DNA of 64,000 bases, taken from positions 9,123,785 through 9,187,784 of the forward strand of contig CM108484.1 in NCBI GenBank assembly GCA_048537945.1, written 5' to 3'. The stretch comes from Mnemiopsis leidyi. Taxonomy: Eukaryota. Positions 62,433 through 64,000 of the stretch are shown here, piece after piece. Each line of letters begins with the position of its first letter. Positions within the stretch are counted from its first letter, which is position 1. The notes under the pieces were generated by a model. The model saw only the letters and a program-made list of their open reading frames with translations, did not search any database and had not been told where the DNA came from. A program made the position numbers and the translations under genes.

Positions 62433-62571
62433 TCCTGGAGGAGAACATGCCCACTAACATCCCCGTCTTTACTAACGTGGCTCTCAACCGACCTGCTGCC
62501 CAGAGTTCTGTAGGCTGGGGTGGTCAAGCCTCTCGAGCAGTGGACGGTAACATCAACAAGATGTGGGGCGG
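62433..62571 (+). CDS. FTL domain 4 part a (VLEENMPTNIPVFTNVALNRPAAQSSVGWGGQASRAVDGNINKMWG-)
   Basis: tcttcccctCAG acceptor, gg|GTGAGT donor; contains the canonical AQSS ... AVDGN. Confidence 0.85.
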
Positions 62572-62721
62572 GTGAGTAGAGGGTAACGATATCTTAGGAA
62601 TCGTAACACATGAGTAGATAACATAAGTTCGAACGCAGTTTCTGACATTAACACTGACATTAAACTATTTGTTTACGAGATCTTGTAGGAAATGTTGGTT
62701 AAACTAACGACCCCTCTACAG

Positions 62722-62854
62722 CGGGTCGTGTACACACACTTCTCAACTTACTGGTAACTGGTGGAAGGTAGAACTAGACAAGGAGGAGTACATCCAGAAC
62801 GTGGTAATACACAACCGTATCGACTGTTGTTCTAACAGACTCAACGGAGCTAAG
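62722..62854 (+). CDS. FTL domain 4 part b (GGSCTHTSQLTGNWWKVELDKEEYIQNVVIHNRIDCCSNRLNGAK)
   Basis: ctctaCAG acceptor, GTAATC donor; canonical SC.HT..WW.V.L..NR.DCC..R. Confidence 0.85.
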
Positions 62855-63300
62855 GTAATCTTGTCAACTTCCTGTTATAGTGGCTGTAAAATTTTGTTCG
62901 GAAATGTTTTTACCGCAGTAGTGGCGTGTGCCTTAAGCGCATCAGCTCGGCTTTCTTATATGCCAAGCTGGTAGGTGGTAAGATCTTCTTCTGAATTTTC
63001 GGCACGCGGAAACACACGTCTGGTCGCGGGGGTTTTTCGTAACTTGAAGTTTTCAGTGGCCATGGCTTGTTATTTCGTTCATCAACGACATACGCTATTT
63101 AGTGCACAAAAATGAAAGAGCTATAATGCGGTTAAAACATCCATTTGCTAATGGAAATTTGTAATTTGAAACTAGTTTTTGGAAAAGTGATACTTACATC
63201 TTTATAGATTGCATAACGCCACAACATTATTATCATGGCGATTATTCATTCGCCAAACAAGATTATGTGAACCAATAATGTAATAATGGGACCGTTTAGC

Positions 63301-64000
63301 AGACAAAATCCCTGATCGTGCAGGTGAAGAACGAGTTAAGAATTCTTGTTCCCGCAGGTTTGGGTGAAGTACGTGTAAATAATTCTTCTTCCCGCAGGTT
63401 TGGGTGAAGTACGTGTAAATAATTCTTGTTCCCGCAGGTTTGGGTGAAGTACGATTAAAGAATTCTTGTTCCCGCAGGTTTGGGTGAAGTACGAATAAAT
63501 AATTCTTGTTCCCGAAAGTTTGGTTGAAGTACGAATAAATAATTCTTGTTCCCGCAGGTTTGGGTGAAGTACGATTAAAGAATTCTTGTTCCCGCAGGTT
63601 TGGGTGAAGTACGAATAAATAATTCTTGTTCCCGCAGGTTTGGGTGAAGTACGAATAAATAATTCTTGTTCCCGCAGGTTTGGGTGAAGTACGATTAAAG
63701 AATTCTTGTTCCCGCAGGTTTGGGTGAAGTACGAATAAATAATTCTTGTTCCCGCAGGTTTGGGTGAAGTACGAATAAATAATTCTTGCTCCCGCAGGTT
63801 TGGGTGAAGTACGAGTAAATAATTCTTGTTCCCGCAGGTTTGGGTGAAGTACGAGTAAATAATTCTTGTTCCAGCAGGTTTGGGTGAAGAACGAGTTAAG
63901 AATTCTTGTTTCCGCAGGTTTGGGTGAAGTACGAGAAAATAATTCTTGTTCCAGCAGGTTTGGGTGAAGTACGAGTAAATAATTCTTGTTCCCGCAGTTT
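63301..64000. repeat. 40-bp minisatellite x~17 (gtttgggtgaagtacg[at][ag]taaataattcttgttcccgcag); each unit is a 3' splice site plus an exon start resembling the first 16 nt of an FTL part-c exon
   Basis: compare cag|gtttgggtgaagtac with real part-c exon starts cag|gtagaggtgtggcta, cag|gcacaggtgtttgtt, cag|gcgatggtttacgct; units hit an in-frame TAA after 6 codons. Confidence 0.85.

Larger units (their letters stand above)
59108..62854 (+). other. Multi-domain F-type lectin (fucolectin-like) gene: signal peptide + at least 4 tandem FTL domains, each encoded by 3 exons with identical phase pattern; continues past the window end
   Basis: each domain carries the FTL hallmarks: basic..SS..GWGG.ASRA(I/V)DGN.N..W; SC(Y/T)H(S/T); N(R/N)(L/M/I)D(T/S)CC(D/S)(Q/N)R; C(E/Q)(L/I)(E/Q)V(L/F)G. 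Start MEKLVLLTLLGVAAG is a signal peptide. Confidence 0.85.

Noticed and set aside
1266-64000. Possibility that the regular tandem arrays are CRISPR arrays / that the window is prokaryotic
   Set aside because: Arrays have no unique spacers (units are contiguous), and the window contains canonical GT-AG spliced metazoan genes and eukaryotic tRNAs.

Overview
This is eukaryotic (invertebrate metazoan) nuclear DNA: spliced genes with GT-AG introns, tRNA genes, DNA-transposon/MITE insertions and intronic minisatellites. It is not prokaryotic, and no CRISPR array is present. Gene content, reasoned from translated exons and splice-phase consistency:
(1) Clathrin heavy chain (CLTC ortholog), + strand, 23 exons at 1009-13821, from about residue 85 to the stop; the 5' exons lie upstream of the window.
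(2) A 13-exon minus-strand gene at 17373-22076 encoding a roughly 740-aa protein with a Walker-A P-loop (VVGLPGSGKTT) and an acidic Glu-rich segment; family not determined.
(3) tRNA-Glu(TTC) and tRNA-Lys(TTT), both on the minus strand.
(4) A small 4-exon gene at 33491-35024 (+) encoding a divergent single F-type-lectin-like domain.
(5) An intronless PYROXD1 ortholog, 457 aa, at 37094-38467 (-).
(6) A riboflavin transporter (SLC52/RFVT family), 2 coding exons at 40483-42035 (-), lying 2 kb 3' of PYROXD1, the two forming a flavin-related gene pair.
(7) A degraded non-LTR retrotransposon reverse-transcriptase fragment.
(8) A NEK8/9-like kinase gene (kinase C-lobe, RCC1 repeats, Ser-rich region, C-terminal coiled coil) on the minus strand at 45999-58327. 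Its N-terminal kinase exons must lie beyond the window end.
(9) An intronless 324-aa ORF at 55611-56585 (+) nested in a NEK intron, predicted to be a novel 8-TM, internally duplicated membrane protein.
(10) A multi-domain F-type lectin (fucolectin-like) gene on the + strand from ATG 59108: signal peptide plus at least four tandem FTL domains, each split into three phase-conserved exons. It is apparently nested, antisense, inside the NEK gene.
Repeat landscape: Harbinger/PIF-like MITEs with TTA/TAA target-site duplications (two copies), a 2.5-kb foldback element, a TIR element carrying a 60-bp satellite, a dispersed hairpin-rich repeat family (three copies), and many minisatellites. Several minisatellites are tandem duplications of 3' splice sites plus exon starts (NEK RCC1 exon; FTL domain-4 exons), one of them open-reading and in frame.
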